NCBI RefSeq assembly: GCF_964204865.1
Contig: NC_135251.1
Span: 24,800,001-24,864,000, forward strand
Length of the DNA stretch: 64,000 nucleotides
Reading direction: 5' to 3'
Source: Styela clava
Taxonomy: Eukaryota
Numbering within the stretch: the first letter of the stretch is position 1; every line of letters begins with the position of its first letter. This document shows, one piece after another, positions 24,731 through 38,579 of this stretch. Below the pieces are notes generated by a model. The model was not told where the DNA came from, made no database searches, and was given only the letters and a program-made list of their open reading frames with translations. The translations under genes were made by a program, and so were the position numbers.

Positions 24731-26955
24731 TTTTTTTTTCTAAATAAGTAAAAATAATAGCCTACTAGCGACAGCAACAATCTATAACCACTGAAAGTTT
24801 CGAAAATTATGATCTTGTAGGTAAACGGAAAAGCGCTGCTCTAGAACCTTCTTGCGCATATTTACCATTTTGTATATAGTAAATCTTATTGGTACTTGGT
24901 AGTCAAACCATTTCTGACATAAGTAAAATTGAGCGCGGAGTAGTTTGATTAATACACAACAAATTGCAAAGACGGGCACAGACCCACGACTCAAATATAT
25001 ACATTGTATCCATCCACATCTTGAGACAGTTTGTTTGGTTTGGTTATGACGAGTAGTGTTTGTCGTCTTATCTCTGTTAATATTGCAAATATTATTTTAA
25101 ACTTATATCTGTAAACTTTGAGGTTTCGTTTGTGTTTTTTGCGTATTATTACAGGTTGGACGTCCACAATCGAGTTTGGCTGAAATATTGATGAGGGTAA
25201 ACAATCAAAATGCGTTTGAGCAGTGCCAGAGCATTGTAACGACAATCAAGGGTCGAAGTATTGTCTTGACTGATGGAAATATCTTTAGAAGAAAGTTGAG
25301 CAATGCAATGTGCTTCTATTTTGCATGAATGCCGTCACTGTGAAGGTCATGTTACTTTGATCTGAGCCTTCTTTCCTAAAAGCGTCAATATGCATACGAT
25401 TATCTTATATTCTTATAACAAGAAACAACTTTCCAGTCCAAACTGTTGGATAGTAAGGGCGGTTTTACTCGCAAGAATAAGGATTTGGAAAAAATAAAAT
25501 CTATCCGTCAGGTACAAAAAGAACAATGGTTTTAGGAATAATAACTTAATATTAAATTTTGTTTCGGAATATTATGGGACTCTATGAGGTTGTACGTGCT
25601 TTGGTTTTTGATATTTTATCCATTAAGATTAGAGTAGGCCTATTTAAAAATCGAAAGTGAATTCGAATAATAAGTATTTTTGGAGTAATAATTAGAAACG
25701 CTCCCCCTCGTGTAGTAAGTATATTGTTAGATAAAATGATGAGTTGGTTATCGTTAGCAATTATTACATTGAGACATCATGTGTCTAGCATCCCATTTTT
25801 ATATGATAATATTCATTCTGATTTAACTACAACAAGAATACAAACAACCTGGCTTTCGCTTATCTTTCATTACGTTCTGTGATCGTTTAATTCAAATAGT
25901 GTAGCATACGGTTACGAATTCAGTTTCTCATCCGTTGTACAACGTCATTCAGAGAGGCGTTTGCACAAACTTAACAACTCCATGAAAAGAATGGAATACT
26001 ACCAATTAAGAATTTTATGTGTTTACAAAAGTGCTCGTCAAGCAATGAACTTCTCGAATTGTGATCTAAATTGCAAAAAAGGCAGATCACGGAACATTGA
26101 ATAACCACAACGAATTCTGGGTGGCACTACTAGAAGGTCCTGAATTATACAGTCTTGCACATGAAATGGTTCCCATTTCTATGTCTATATGTCCCTATGT
26201 CCCATGTCTATAATACACTTTTCTGAACAAGTTTTTTTTACTTCCATGAAAATAATAAGAGGAAACTCAATTAAAAATGCGGGAGACGGCACCACGAACA
26301 AGGGCACTCCTCGCATTGTAGATGATGAAATACGACGACAGCAGTAGAGTTAAGTTAATTATGTGTACTGTCGGTATGAACATGTATACATAACAGTAGC
26401 CGCGTATAAGGTTTTTATGGTCTTCAAACGACCTCACTTTAAAAACAAACCTTGCTCATAAATTTATTAGATTTGCGCATGGATTTATGTTGTAACAATG
26501 GCCGTCGTACGATGCTTGTTTATAAGCGAAGAAATATGTCTGTTGTATGACGTTTACCGTTGGTTGTAATTGTCAGTTTTGAGTTTAGTTGATTTTGATA
26601 TTCATAATTCAGCAACAAAATATTAGAAAACTTAAAAAAATTGGCAATGAGATTGGAACATTCCAAAGTGCTTGGGCGGCGAAATATTTCTTAGTTGAGT
26701 ATTATTCGAAACCTATTTGCTTGATCAGCCAAACTAGTCGCGAGTGAGTCATAATATGAAATTTCAATGAGAAGATTGTTTATAGGTAATTACTGTGGCC
26801 CGCACGCTACCAGAAATGTGTATAGTTGGCCCAGCAGTACAAATAGTTTGTCGCTCATAGTTGTATATCTTCTCAACATTGTGATTTTGACCGATTAGAG
26901 TTGTAAGATGATTGGGGTGTACCAGAGTTTGAGTGAAAGATAGAAAGGTATAGAG

Positions 26956-27840
26956 CAAGGTCGTCCAACCTTTTTTGCCGAAGGACCACATGTAATTTAC
27001 TAATAATTGCGCGGGCCACTCAACATGGTAGTTATGTTCTAGTTTTGCTATACAGGCTAATGAAAAATCAAACAATAACCTCACACCGAAACAACTTTCA
27101 CAATTATTAGAACAATAAAACTGTTGTTTCCCAACTATTGATATGGCGCCATCAATGGTTATTCTCGAAAGTTTCGCCAAAGACAAACCAAGACGCTTGA
27201 TCATTTTTATAACAGCTCCTAACAAATCAACGCCTCCAGCCGTATCATTAACAGGAAAAATGGCTGCGAGCTCCTCGGTAATTTCAAATCATCATTCTGT
27301 CACTAACTTCCCGAAAGAAGATCGCCAAGTCGCCACCTGAGTAGTAAACTTTATGTCAGTGCTTTTGTCAAGCGCTTTTTGCTTTAGCAATTGAAAATTT
27401 CTCCTATAGAGTCCCCAAGCTCTTCAACACAACGAGTTATGGTGGGTCTTGACAGGCTATTGTTGCAAACATGTCTTTTATTTCCGGACGTAAAACATTG
27501 TCAACCCGAACAATACATAATATTAACGAATTCTCAATCTGAGAATGACTTTGATTATTTTGCGATAACATCATATTGAGTAGTAAAAAACCAAGTGAGT
27601 AAGCGACTATGGCATCTTTATGTATCGACATCTCCTCCCAGTTGGTTTCGATTCAAAATGGCACTCATGGCTCGTTTGAAAGGGCTGGCAGTGCGCATTT
27701 CATGAAAATGAACGAATCGTCTGTATCCCATCTTTGTATACTACATCAATCGAAAAATAATTTCATTCAATTTTTTTTTTAATTCTGAAAAATACAGCGC
27801 GGGCCACATATGGCCCGCGGGCCAGGGTTGGACGACCCTG
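26956..27840 (-). mobile_element. Internally deleted hAT (Charlie/SPIN/GTF2IRD2-type) DNA transposon
   Basis: TIRs CAAGGTCGTCCAACC / GGTTGGACGACCCTG. Minus-strand transposase remnants SLSRPTITRCVEELG, EITEELAA...DLLGAV and KLSRITIDGAISIVGK (a degenerate TTDGA..M.G catalytic motif). Confidence 0.85.
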
Positions 27841-29837
27841 GTGTAGTTAAACGCTGGTGTAGAACCTCTGCCTAATAAATATCGACAAATGCCATTGAAT
27901 TATAGTGTAGTTTTGTCTGGTTTACAAACACTTACTTAAACGATCAGTGTTTTATTTGTTATGCAAATATTCTGTATAATAAAGACTGACAAACATTATT
28001 GATTATTACAGAATCAAATAGCACAAGGATAATAATATATAACACTGAGTTGAAGCTGCAGAGATAGTGAACTCTGTTGAATTGCTGAAAAATGTTGTTT
28101 TATGAATCATTAAGGTGATACATAAGTCAGCGAGTGTTATGTACTGTAGATTGTCTAGTTCACATGTTTAAAACAATACTGGTGGATGCAAGTATGAATT
28201 TAAAGGGGTTCACAAACTTGTTTATGAAGAAAAGATATTCAGAAACGCCACATCTGCAAGTATTTTTATAGCGAGGCTATTTTAAAATATCAGCATACGA
28301 AATCGCATTATGCAAATGTGTTAAAACTATATAATTGTATAAAATGGAATTATATCAGTAAGAAAATAAAGTAAATGGTCTTACAGGGCATCGTGACGGA
28401 AAACTACATTTCACCAAGATTTAGTTTTGTTTATGTCCCAACAAGCAATTTGCACTTGTCGCGGACTGAAATTGGTGATGATGACGATTGCTTCGTTGCA
28501 AATATTCCGAGTGATTAATATAGTCTTCTGATGGGGAAAATTCTGCTTCTGCCATTCAAAATAGTAATGAAGTAATTCCTTTCACTCACTTAATCGTTAG
28601 ATGTATAGCATGTGCTTAGTCATATTTATATCTATATAGTTACAAGGAACTTGGCATTCGCATTAGTACTAACGCGAAACTGTTCTGAATCATCTCTGCA
28701 ATGTTTGGCCAGCATCACATCTGACGAGTTATTATCAATTTCTACAAAGCTAGATTGCCAAAATTTATATGATTCATATTATTTACGTCACTCGTTAGAT
28801 ATGATTTCATTTGAGTCGGGATTTGCCCATTTGCACATATTCCAATAAGAAAATTTTCTCCAATTATTTTTAGATTTTTCATTCTTCATGTAATGCTAGA
28901 TAGTGAAATATAGGTATTTTCTTTAAGCCAAGGATTTGCCTATTTGCAAATTCCAATAATAATTGAATATCCTTCAAATTTTTGATTCTTCAAATTCCTT
29001 TGTTATGGAACAAAAAGGACTTTGCATATAGGGAATTTCAATGTAGTGTTGAGTGTTGTGAATGTAGATGTCTAATATTGATTGGGTTGGATCCATATAA
29101 TTACAGGTAAAACACATAACCATATGCAATTTTGCTTTTATTCATAACCATCAATCAGACAGTCCTTTCTGTGGGGAGACCATGATAACGTTATCACCCA
29201 ATTTACTCCGAGCAATTTTGCAATCAGATATGTCACAATTGATCTTGCAATGGTAGGAAACCGACAGCCTATTCGTGTAGTAAAGAAAGGTGGAATTATT
29301 GATTGCTCAATGTACCCCCAAGGCTGTTCACATTTATTTACCCCCTATGTAGTAAATATTCCCCCAGTTAGGAACCCTGGTTAAATTGGTTTGCTAAATT
29401 TGGTCGCGATATATAAAGATGAACATATTTTTAAGACACCATTGACTAGATTTGCCAATAAAGAGTGGAACATGAATAATAATTGGCCAATGTTTTATTG
29501 ATGACGCAGTCATATTTGGAATCTATATTTATTAGTCGCATACTAATGCCAATGAATTATACTCCAGTTGCTGATATATCAAGACTGCACTTCCTCGTAA
29601 AATACTATGACGTCATCCTAGAAACAATGTTACACTATAATTTTCCTCCCCCGCTTCTCTTTGAATACTAAATATTGTTCAACGTTTGACCGATATTATT
29701 ATTGTGCTGTCATTCAGAAACCAACTGGCATCCTATTAAATATCAGGGTTGTTGGATTCGCATAAAATTCGATTGAAGTTTTGATTCAATTGTTTAAGTA
29801 GAAGCAGCATTCAACTCAACAGAAGGAATAGAGTGCC

Positions 29838-32800
29838 ATGGATACGACTAATCTATTTCAATATGCGTAAGTAAACTTGTTATTGTTGGGGAAAGAAAAT
29901 AACTTCATTTCTTATAACATCTTATACTTGATAATGCCTCCTTTTGTTCTACTGGGTAAATCTGCTGATAAAATTACATTTTGTTTGAAATGCTATTCTG
30001 TTTTTACCTTTATTTGAAAATCAACAAAGCAAGTGTATATGATATATCTCTGAAATATAGAATTAAATCGCAATGGTCAAGTTCCTATTCCCATATTTAA
30101 TAACGTGATAATTTGTTTTTGTTATAGTTACTTTGAAGCTACTGATCAATTCAGTTGTGTTAAAAATAGGGTGTACGCTATATTAATATAATTTCCACGA
30201 ACCTAATATTACCAAAAGTGATTTCTAAATTGGAAACTCTCATGCGTGAATATTTTTATTGTCCAGAGAAAATTATTAAGTCAAGTTATTCAGAACCCAA
30301 TATTCTTGGATTAAGAAATAGAACAAGACGTAATCGTCAAATACGGTTTATCCGATATATAAAAATATCTGTTTATGTTTTACAAACTGACATAGAACAA
30401 GACGACAAATTATTTATATATGTACACAGCAGCAGGATTATTATTATGGAAAATAAAGAAATATGTCGAGGAAAAATATACCTCATTAAAATCGATTTCA
30501 ATAAAATCTGTTTCGAATTCATAAATGTCGGTGGTAATCAAAATAAATAGCTGAAAATATATTTAAAAAAATTGTTGAGTATTTAATAAATTTATCGTAA
30601 TTGATACAGCTTAACGCTGGCTGGGTTCGTGCAAACGTATCCCATTGCTGGTTTACCAACACGGTGTTGCATTTATGCAAATGCGCAGAAATTCATTTGA
30701 GTTAGTTCTATATATTTTACGAGGTTTTGATATTAAAAATAACATTGAAAATTGAATCACGATTAGCCAACGATTAGCAAACTGAAAGCATTTCATTCAG
30801 TTTGAGACAAAAATGTAATTTTGTTCTAAATATCTTTTGGCATATAAATTTCGTTGGAAAGAGGGTGACCCGGCCAAGATTTTAACTTGATCAAACCCAA
30901 TCAAAATATATTGATGCATTGAATCATTTCGGTTTATTTTTGTGGTAATTTAATATTCATTGGAGACCGCTTTCACAGTTCACACGCCAATATGTATATA
31001 TACCATGGCATATACCATACCAAAAAAGTATCCAGTTAATAATTAATTTATCCAAGATGTAGTGTGTTCTATGGTCTTGGATATCTATGTTGTTTGCGAA
31101 TGGTTAACCACGCTATAATAATATTTCCGAATTTCATGCTTATATTCCTCGTGCTTCATATTTATTTGTACATTTCAGCTGGTATTACGGCAAGATTAAT
31201 AGACAAGAAGCAGAAGAAAATCTGATGGACCGAGGAGAGAATGAAGGATGTTTCCTTGTTCGGGAAAGTAAATCAAGACAAGGTAAATAGTGTATCAGTT
31301 GCTATATTTATCTCAGATATCACATAACATCAAGCATTTAAATGCGTGGGATATTTACACCAACACAAGTGCAGCTGGGGAATATATTTCAATTTTTAGT
31401 ATAGAAACTGAAAATTTCATTAAACAGGAAATGTAGAATGTACCTCTTTGTCTAAGACATCTATTCAAATCTATGAATACGGTTGTTGTAGCTGCATGGT
31501 TAAAAATAGTTATGCAATAATACATTGTGATGTTAGTAAAAGTTATACAATCATTCGTGTGATTCATCGCCTTAGACTCATTGCAACACTAACTCTATTG
31601 CAGCTTGTCATTTTCCATTCCGCATTATCCTTTTGTCAGCCTGGCTGCAGCCTGGCACTCATTTTCAAATCAACACATTCCCCGACTACAGTATCTTTTA
31701 TCTCACGTTACCATTTTGAGTGTGCTAACAATTTTAATGATCTCATTATCTGTTGGGTATTTTCCACCGGTTGCCTCCTAGATTCGTTCAGTACTGTAAC
31801 GTCATTATGTCTTCTTTTTTTTATATATATTTTGACATATGTAGGCAATTGGACATTATCAGTTTTGGATTGGGTAGACGGTGGATGCAGCGTAGGCCAT
31901 TATCTCATTTACAAAAATCCGAAAGGTGGATATTATTTTGACGAGGACACTGAATTCGACTCTATTCCTAAACTGATTGATTACTATAAAGGTATACATG
32001 AATACAATCTTATAACATAGACCAAGAAATATTTTCACCAATTGGATGTGGGTTCCGAGAATGTCACCGTAATAAAATTAATATATATTGAAATAACATA
32101 AAAATAGGTAAAATGATATGATGAAAATCAGTGAAATATTTTGAATGTTATAACCGATTTTATATTCACACTCCAGCACATCCTAAAACCGTAACATTCA
32201 CAATAAAAGAACCGTGTCCGAGGGAGGTTTTGCTTCCTGATAAAGACGAGGATGAATATGATTTATACGAAATCGCAACTGAACTTCCTCTTCATCAAAC
32301 GTTTCACAAGGAATCTTTAATATCATCTTCATCTGTGTGCGCGGTCTGGAAAGGTGAGTTGAATAATACCAATGTAGACAAGATTCTCCACTTGGAGCGA
32401 ATTCATTCATCCATTTTGATCGTTAAAACCGTATTTGTTTGCATTTTCATTAACACTGCAATGAATGCGCAGTAGACATTACGGCGCTTCAGAAGTTTGT
32501 GTACCAATATGGAGGTGACTAATATTGTTTGCCTACTTCACATCAAGTTGTGTAAAAGGACGGAAACCTATGGGCAGGGGGTATAATCACTTGGCTAACA
32601 CATGCAGTCCCTGAACTCGTAATAGAACTAAAATAAGAAAAATTGGAATAAAGTTATGGCCTAACCCTAACCTGGTTCACATACTACGGGAGTACCGACG
32701 GTACTGTATGAATTAACCAAAATAATTCGCTCGGGTATTAAATGGGAGAAAAAATTTAGGCACTTCTTCTCACTTATCTTGTATGTGAGTTAATTCGAAT

Positions 32801-35800
32801 TTAATATTTAGTCTAAGTTTAAAAAAGTAACTGAATATTGCAATATTCTATTTTAGTCTAAATTTCAAAAAAGTAACTTAATATTGCAATATTCTATTTT
32901 AGTCTAATTTTCAAAAAAGTAACTGAATATTGCAATATTCTATTTTCCAGGTCACTTAGGATTGCACGACACGGTAAAAATCGTAGCAAAAATTGCGGTT
33001 GGTGATTCACAGGAATCGAAACATATTTTAATGCATGAGGCAAACATGCTAAAATGCCTTTGTCATGAAAACATTGTCAAAATGCGTGGAGTGGTGAGTC
33101 ATTGTTTTATTCTTACATGTATTCATTGATTTAAATTGGCTTATGTCACTAACAGTAACAAATAGGTCATCAAACAATTTCTGACGGTAGGTAGTGATCG
33201 TATTATGACGAATGGGGTTGGCAACATGATATGTATATGTTTTATGCAGCCAGAATATATAACGAATTATAGAGATCTAAATCCATGTGCTTGATCACAA
33301 AAATATCTTTTAAGAGACGGGCGGACTGTTTAAATAAGGGTTAATTACTTATCGATCTTAAGATCGCTAAGTATGTTGATAGTTATTTGTCTGTCTGTCT
33401 GTTTGATGAACGCGCTATCTCACGAAGGCGAGGTTGAATCTGCTCCAAATTTTGCATGTGCATTCATCATATCTCGGACCAGAAGCCTATTGATTTTGGA
33501 CGAATAATGTCGTATAATTAGCGAGTTATTAATTATATAGTGATGGAACACGCGGTGTCACTATAGAGTCATGAATCGAAACCGCAGTTTTGATCGATAA
33601 GTCTTCGGTCTCCGACCGATATTCTCGTTAGTATATTATCGTTTGATATCTTATATTCTCATAAACGAAGCGTCAATGGAATTAGAATTAATAAATTGGT
33701 AATCACAATAAAATAATTTGACGTGCGGCTGTCGTCGCCCAGTATCAATAACCCCTTTGCAACAGTACAATTAGGAGGACCAACGTCAATGTCTGAAACC
33801 TAAATCAGCGTTAATGCGCAAAGAATATGCGATTGTCAGGCAATCTGATGAGAGCGCAAAATAAAATTGGCGACAGTCAGGAAATGCCGCATTATGACAT
33901 CAAAAGTATATCCATAAGATTGTGAACTTCTCAGTTAGAAATACCTGCTTTTACTATTGTGTGTGCGTATGACAAATGTTCGGTTAAAGTACAGTTTCCG
34001 GTATGACAATTTCACAGTAGAACTCTGCACCCAAGACGCGACCGAGAAAATACTTGGTGCAAATGCAAATCGTTCGCTCTAAAAAAATTCTTCCCTCAGA
34101 CATTGTATTCTATGCGTATCGTATCTAAAAATGCATTGATGACAACTTGAAATGGCGCCACAATTTTTTTGGTTGCTGTTTAACCATAGTTGTTGAATGT
34201 AGTTAGCTTACGGCTGTTTCGCTACGCTTGAGTGGTAATGAGTTACGTCATAGTTTCGCTATATCTAGTATTTCATTTGCGTGTAGATTTTGAAGGATTT
34301 AATAAACATAAACAAACCAGTTGAAGCTGGAGCCGTGACATTTCGATGGAGCTGGAGCCGATCTGACCATAATAGATGGAGCTGGAGCCGGAGCTATCAG
34401 AAATAACAGTGGCTCCAGCTCCTGACAATGGAATTACTTTTCTGATTCTGTTTTTTCAATAATTCTTAGGGTTGAGTTGGAATTGTGCTCATCAATTACG
34501 CCGATTTCAATTCAATAATCTTTCGCGTCTTCAAAGTTTAACCAGTGGCTCCAGCTCCTGACAATGGAATTACTTTTCTGATTCTGATTTTTCAATAATT
34601 CTTAGGGTTGAGTTGGAATTGTGCTCATCAATTACGCCGATTTCAATTCAATAATCTTTCGCGTCTCCAAAGATTAACCAGAACCAAATAACTGGCAGCC
34701 ACGGCACATGTACGAATATCGGATATAGCGATGTGCACTGATTTTATTTATTGCGTTTCATGCGGTATTATCAAATTACCATATGTGATATAGATTAGTT
34801 AGTTATTTATTCGTGTTGATGATCCGCACAAAATTCGTTTGCGGGCCGCATTTTGCCCGTGGGCCGCAGTTTGCCGATCTCTGCTATAGATTCTATAGTA
34901 TGCATCTTCAGCAGTTCAATTGCTAAACTGTTTACGTCTTCGCTATATACACATTGCCACGTTATGGAACCTCCTGGCGTATACTACCGGCACACCGTTT
35001 CCTCGGACAGAGTGCGGTACAGAATCTGTTGAATTATTTGGTCGGGCCACAAAATTGGTATAATATGTAAAAAAAAACTTGTCAACAGTGAAAAAGAGCA
35101 ACATATTACAGAATTTTGAAATTCCAGATTTCCAAGACGACACCATTTCATCTTTTACAAGATTACGCAGGAGATACAAATCTGATTGGACTTCTACTCA
35201 AAAACGGAAGGTCTGAATTTACTCTGATGGACCAATTAAATGTGAGCATACAGGTGAGATTTGAGAAAAGTTAAACAAGATTTATTCTTTCCATTATATA
35301 TTTATATTCAAACGAAATAATAAATAAAGGAGCCTTAACGAGAATAAGGTATGTCGATTAACAACCATTGCCTTTTTATATTGATATTCCTTTTTTACGC
35401 CTTGAAAACGCTTGGTTTGTACTCTGCATGGTCTTGTTTAATTCTGTCCGAGATGGAATTCAGGTACAAACAAATGAGCTACCTGCAGAAATGTTCAATT
35501 ATCCTGATACTTACATACAGATACTATACAAAAGATGTTTAAAGTTACATTCTAAACTCTCTCATATTTGCAGATAGCATCAGCTTTGAGCTTTTGTGAA
35601 AAAATGAAATGTGTTCACCGAAACGTAAAAGCTAAAAGCGTTATCGTAAATACTACAGACCTGAAATGCAGGCTTGGTTCGTTTAAACATGCGAGAACAA
35701 TAGATACTCATGGATTTTTCCACGATTTCAACACAGGTATTATCTTGGTCATCGGTGATAACTTCTGAAGATTTAATATTGCATTTTCAATTCTCACCAC

Positions 35801-38125
35801 ATTCGAATATGGAAACTTTTGTTGTTGGATTGGGTCCACTTTTCTAGACCTAGCATACTGATGAGAATCTGATGCCAGCGGCACTTAATCATCTGTTTCT
35901 AATGGGCTATTTTTGAATTAAATCAGGAACATGCGAATATACACATTTGGACCGATTCATTAGCGGCCGACTGACTTTACAAGTCAACCATTTATAAGCG
36001 GGTCAGAAATGTATTTTGGAATGTATTTTCAAATATATATACAATGTTGAAACGTTGAAAAATAAATTAGTTCTCTGTAGCTATAACTGAGAATTCGAAA
36101 AAAAACGCAGACAATAAAACGAAGTGATATCAGTATTTCGAACATTTATCCTTCTGTTAGGTATTTATTGCTTCAAGAAGTTTACAAACCACGACAAGTT
36201 CAATACCATGCAAAGGCTAAATTTATTCATAATCTACAGATCATAGTTATTCAATTGTACACACGAGTAGACTTCGATGGATGTCGCTAGAAGCTGCGAA
36301 ACAGGGAAGGTATTCACATGCATCCGATGCTTGGTCGTTTGGAATTTTTCTCATTGAACTTTTCACCGGTGGAGCTTTACCTTATGCAGGTACGCGACGT
36401 GGTTCAACATCTGCAATTAGCTATTGTCAAATATTGTTTCAAATTTGGTTGTCGACGCACCATCGTACTACAAGCGACGTCGTAATGTGTCGCGACTCAC
36501 AGTCTGGAAAGCTCTGATTTATATTGTGTTCGACTCCTGAAAACAGACTGAAGAATAAGTAATTGATTACGATCCTCATAAGCTGGTTGAATCTATTTCT
36601 TAATTTTTGCAATCAAAAATGAGAAATGCATAAAAACTACAGCTACACGCCTATTTTATTTTTTGTGTTTTGATTTTTAGGTTACCTGACCTCTAGAATA
36701 CTATCTGAAGTTGAAGAAGGATTTCGCTGTTCAAAGCCCACGTCATGTCCAATGGAAATTTATGAATTGATGCATCAATGCTGGATGTTTTCAGAAACGA
36801 CTAGACCGGATTTCAGTACGATTAAGGTAACAATTTTGTCATGCATCTGTACAGACAGATACATATACAAATGTCTCTGGAAACCGTTTAACTCGGTTTG
36901 GCTACTGGTTACATGACTAACAATTCCATCCGTTGAACTAGAAAGGTAAATTGGAAGTAGTAGGCTATACCTACATGCAGATAATCAGCTTAAGATTGAC
37001 GTGTTATATCGTGTAAACGTGCGGTAAAAGACGCCCCGTTTGCATAAGATGCATTGCACAATGCACTGTTTTTCAGGCTATGGCTGCTTTTGCTGGTATT
37101 CGGAGAGTAGGTATTAGAATAGGAGTTTAATTTTTGTTTCTTCATAATCGGAGTCGGAAAGTTTCAGACCTCGGTCGGCGATGTTTTTATTGCCAGAATT
37201 TGGGTAACCTAGAGATTAATTCAATATGGGGTGTACTAGGGTATTGTATACTGAACTGCAAGTCCTTTTTCCTTGTTTACTTTCTATTGGGGAAACGTAT
37301 GTGTCAGTTGCCACAAGGATGCTTGGACGAGAGATAAATATGAATAACATAATCTCTTTGAACGAAATCTTTATCATTTGCAGCCATATTTTGTTTTATC
37401 TGAAGAAGTTAGACTATGATCTAACGAAAGCTCATAAATAAACTTTCTATTTCGTGGAAAAAGATTATGTTATTCATATTGATTCAAAAGTTAGAGTTTT
37501 TTCTAACCCGGTATCAGAGCTGCATGACGCTTTGAATCGGTTCAGAATCGGGTGTCATTTTTCTCCGATTCCACAATTTTAGTTAATTGCTTATCTTCGG
37601 CTACTCTACTTAATCATACCTTCGCAAGTTGCTGTTGCAATTGCTTCATCTGGAGTAAGAAAACCTCCGAAAAATTTAGAATATATATAATATATAAATG
37701 GATAGTCTATAATAATTTAAAACATCGAAAAGCCCCTTTGAAGACTTGCGTGAATTGATAGTTAATTCATTTTAGAAAGTTAAAATACATTTCAAACTAA
37801 TTCATTTTTGATGGCAATAGAACGTATTTCTGGAAAAAATGTCGCTAACTAAGTACTAGATTTTTTGTGTTTGAAGTATTCACATAAACAATAATTGATA
37901 CTTGCGCAATTTCAAATTGTATTTTTATATTTATCGCAGAACAAATTAGTGAAGTATCGAGATGACAACTATGAAGCACTCGTTAAACTTATTCCTACAA
38001 AGTCACGCGATAAAGACAGGTATGCGCCATGCAAGCAATTGAGTGTTAAACAACAACGGACCGCGAGATCTCGTCCGGCACCACCTAATCTGCCACCAGT
38101 TTCACAGTATGGATACGACAATTGA
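29838..38125 (+). CDS. SH2-domain plus tyrosine-kinase-fold pseudokinase (Src/Frk/Abl-type architecture without SH3), about 456 aa, 10 exons
   Basis: Exons 29838-29866, 31179-31282, 31845-31991, 32177-32353, 32951-33093, 35128-35253, 35574-35736, 36240-36389, 36681-36826 and 37940-38125 are all GT-AG and phase-consistent (1371 nt, no internal stop). SH2: WYYGKINRQEAE...FLVRES. Kinase: HENIV, RWMSLE, SDAWSFG, LPY, CP.EIY.LM..CW....RP.F. The first and last exons are least certain. Confidence 0.88.
32483..32696. mobile_element. Merlin-like MITE (asymmetric GGCGC/GGTAC ends)
   Basis: GGCGCTTCAGAAG...CCTAACCCTAACCTGG...GGGAGTACC; degenerate 8-bp TSD GACATTAC/GACGGTAC. Confidence 0.75.
32807..32946. 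repeat. Three tandem copies of an approximately 47-bp unit abutting a splice acceptor
   Basis: TTTAGTCTAA.TTT.AAAAAAGTAACTGAATATTGCAATATTCTAT repeated three times. Confidence 0.85.
33344..33629 (+). mobile_element. Helentron-associated (HINE/DINE-like) non-autonomous element
   Basis: Subterminal IR ACTTATCGATC / GATCGATAAGT, short 5' palindrome, (TGTC)n tract, 3' stem-loop TCGGTC-TCC-GACCGA, T-rich ends. A second copy is at 56401-56667. Confidence 0.75.
34407..34681. repeat. Near-perfect 136-bp tandem duplication in an intron
   Basis: CAGTGGCTCCAGCTCCTGACAATGG...TTAACCAG starts at 34407 and again at 34543. Confidence 0.9.
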
Positions 38126-38579
38126 CAGCAGAGCTGATAAATCTAGCGCTAGGGTCGTTATCAGAGCTGCGTTTGTATTTTCGAACTTTTTATACTCGAA
38201 ACAGGAGTCGAAATTTTCAACTGGAGCAGAGTAATGTTGGCACCAAAATTTCAATATCCATATATTTTGGTACACACAGTACCAATTTTTGATAACGTGT
38301 ATATATATACACTGTTCATTTTTGTAATTCTGAATAGATTAGTTTCATAATGAGAATGTGAGCGTTTTTCACAATGTTCCCATTTTGACACATTATTAAA
38401 TTGTTTTTTTTTCTTAATATTGTTACTTTGTTTCCGCTTACTATTAATTTTATTTGTGTGTGTTGCTTATTTGTCGACTTATTTAATACTATTATCCATG
38501 TAACATCTACGAAGGTGCATGCTGTGTGAAACATTTCGTAGAAATAGGAGTTAAATAAGTTGCTTCAGGCGATTCAAGG

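Noticed and set aside
31448-32020. 190-aa ORF in the track
   Set aside because: Only 31845-31991 is the SH2 exon; the rest is intron read-through.
32807-34681. Tandem repeats considered as a CRISPR-like array
   Set aside because: No unique spacers, eukaryotic intron context and no cas genes.
29838-38125. Calling the kinase gene an active Src/Abl ortholog or a pseudogene
   Set aside because: HRD, DFG and the Gly loop are lost, so it is not an active kinase. All ten exons keep frame and canonical splice sites, so it is not decayed.
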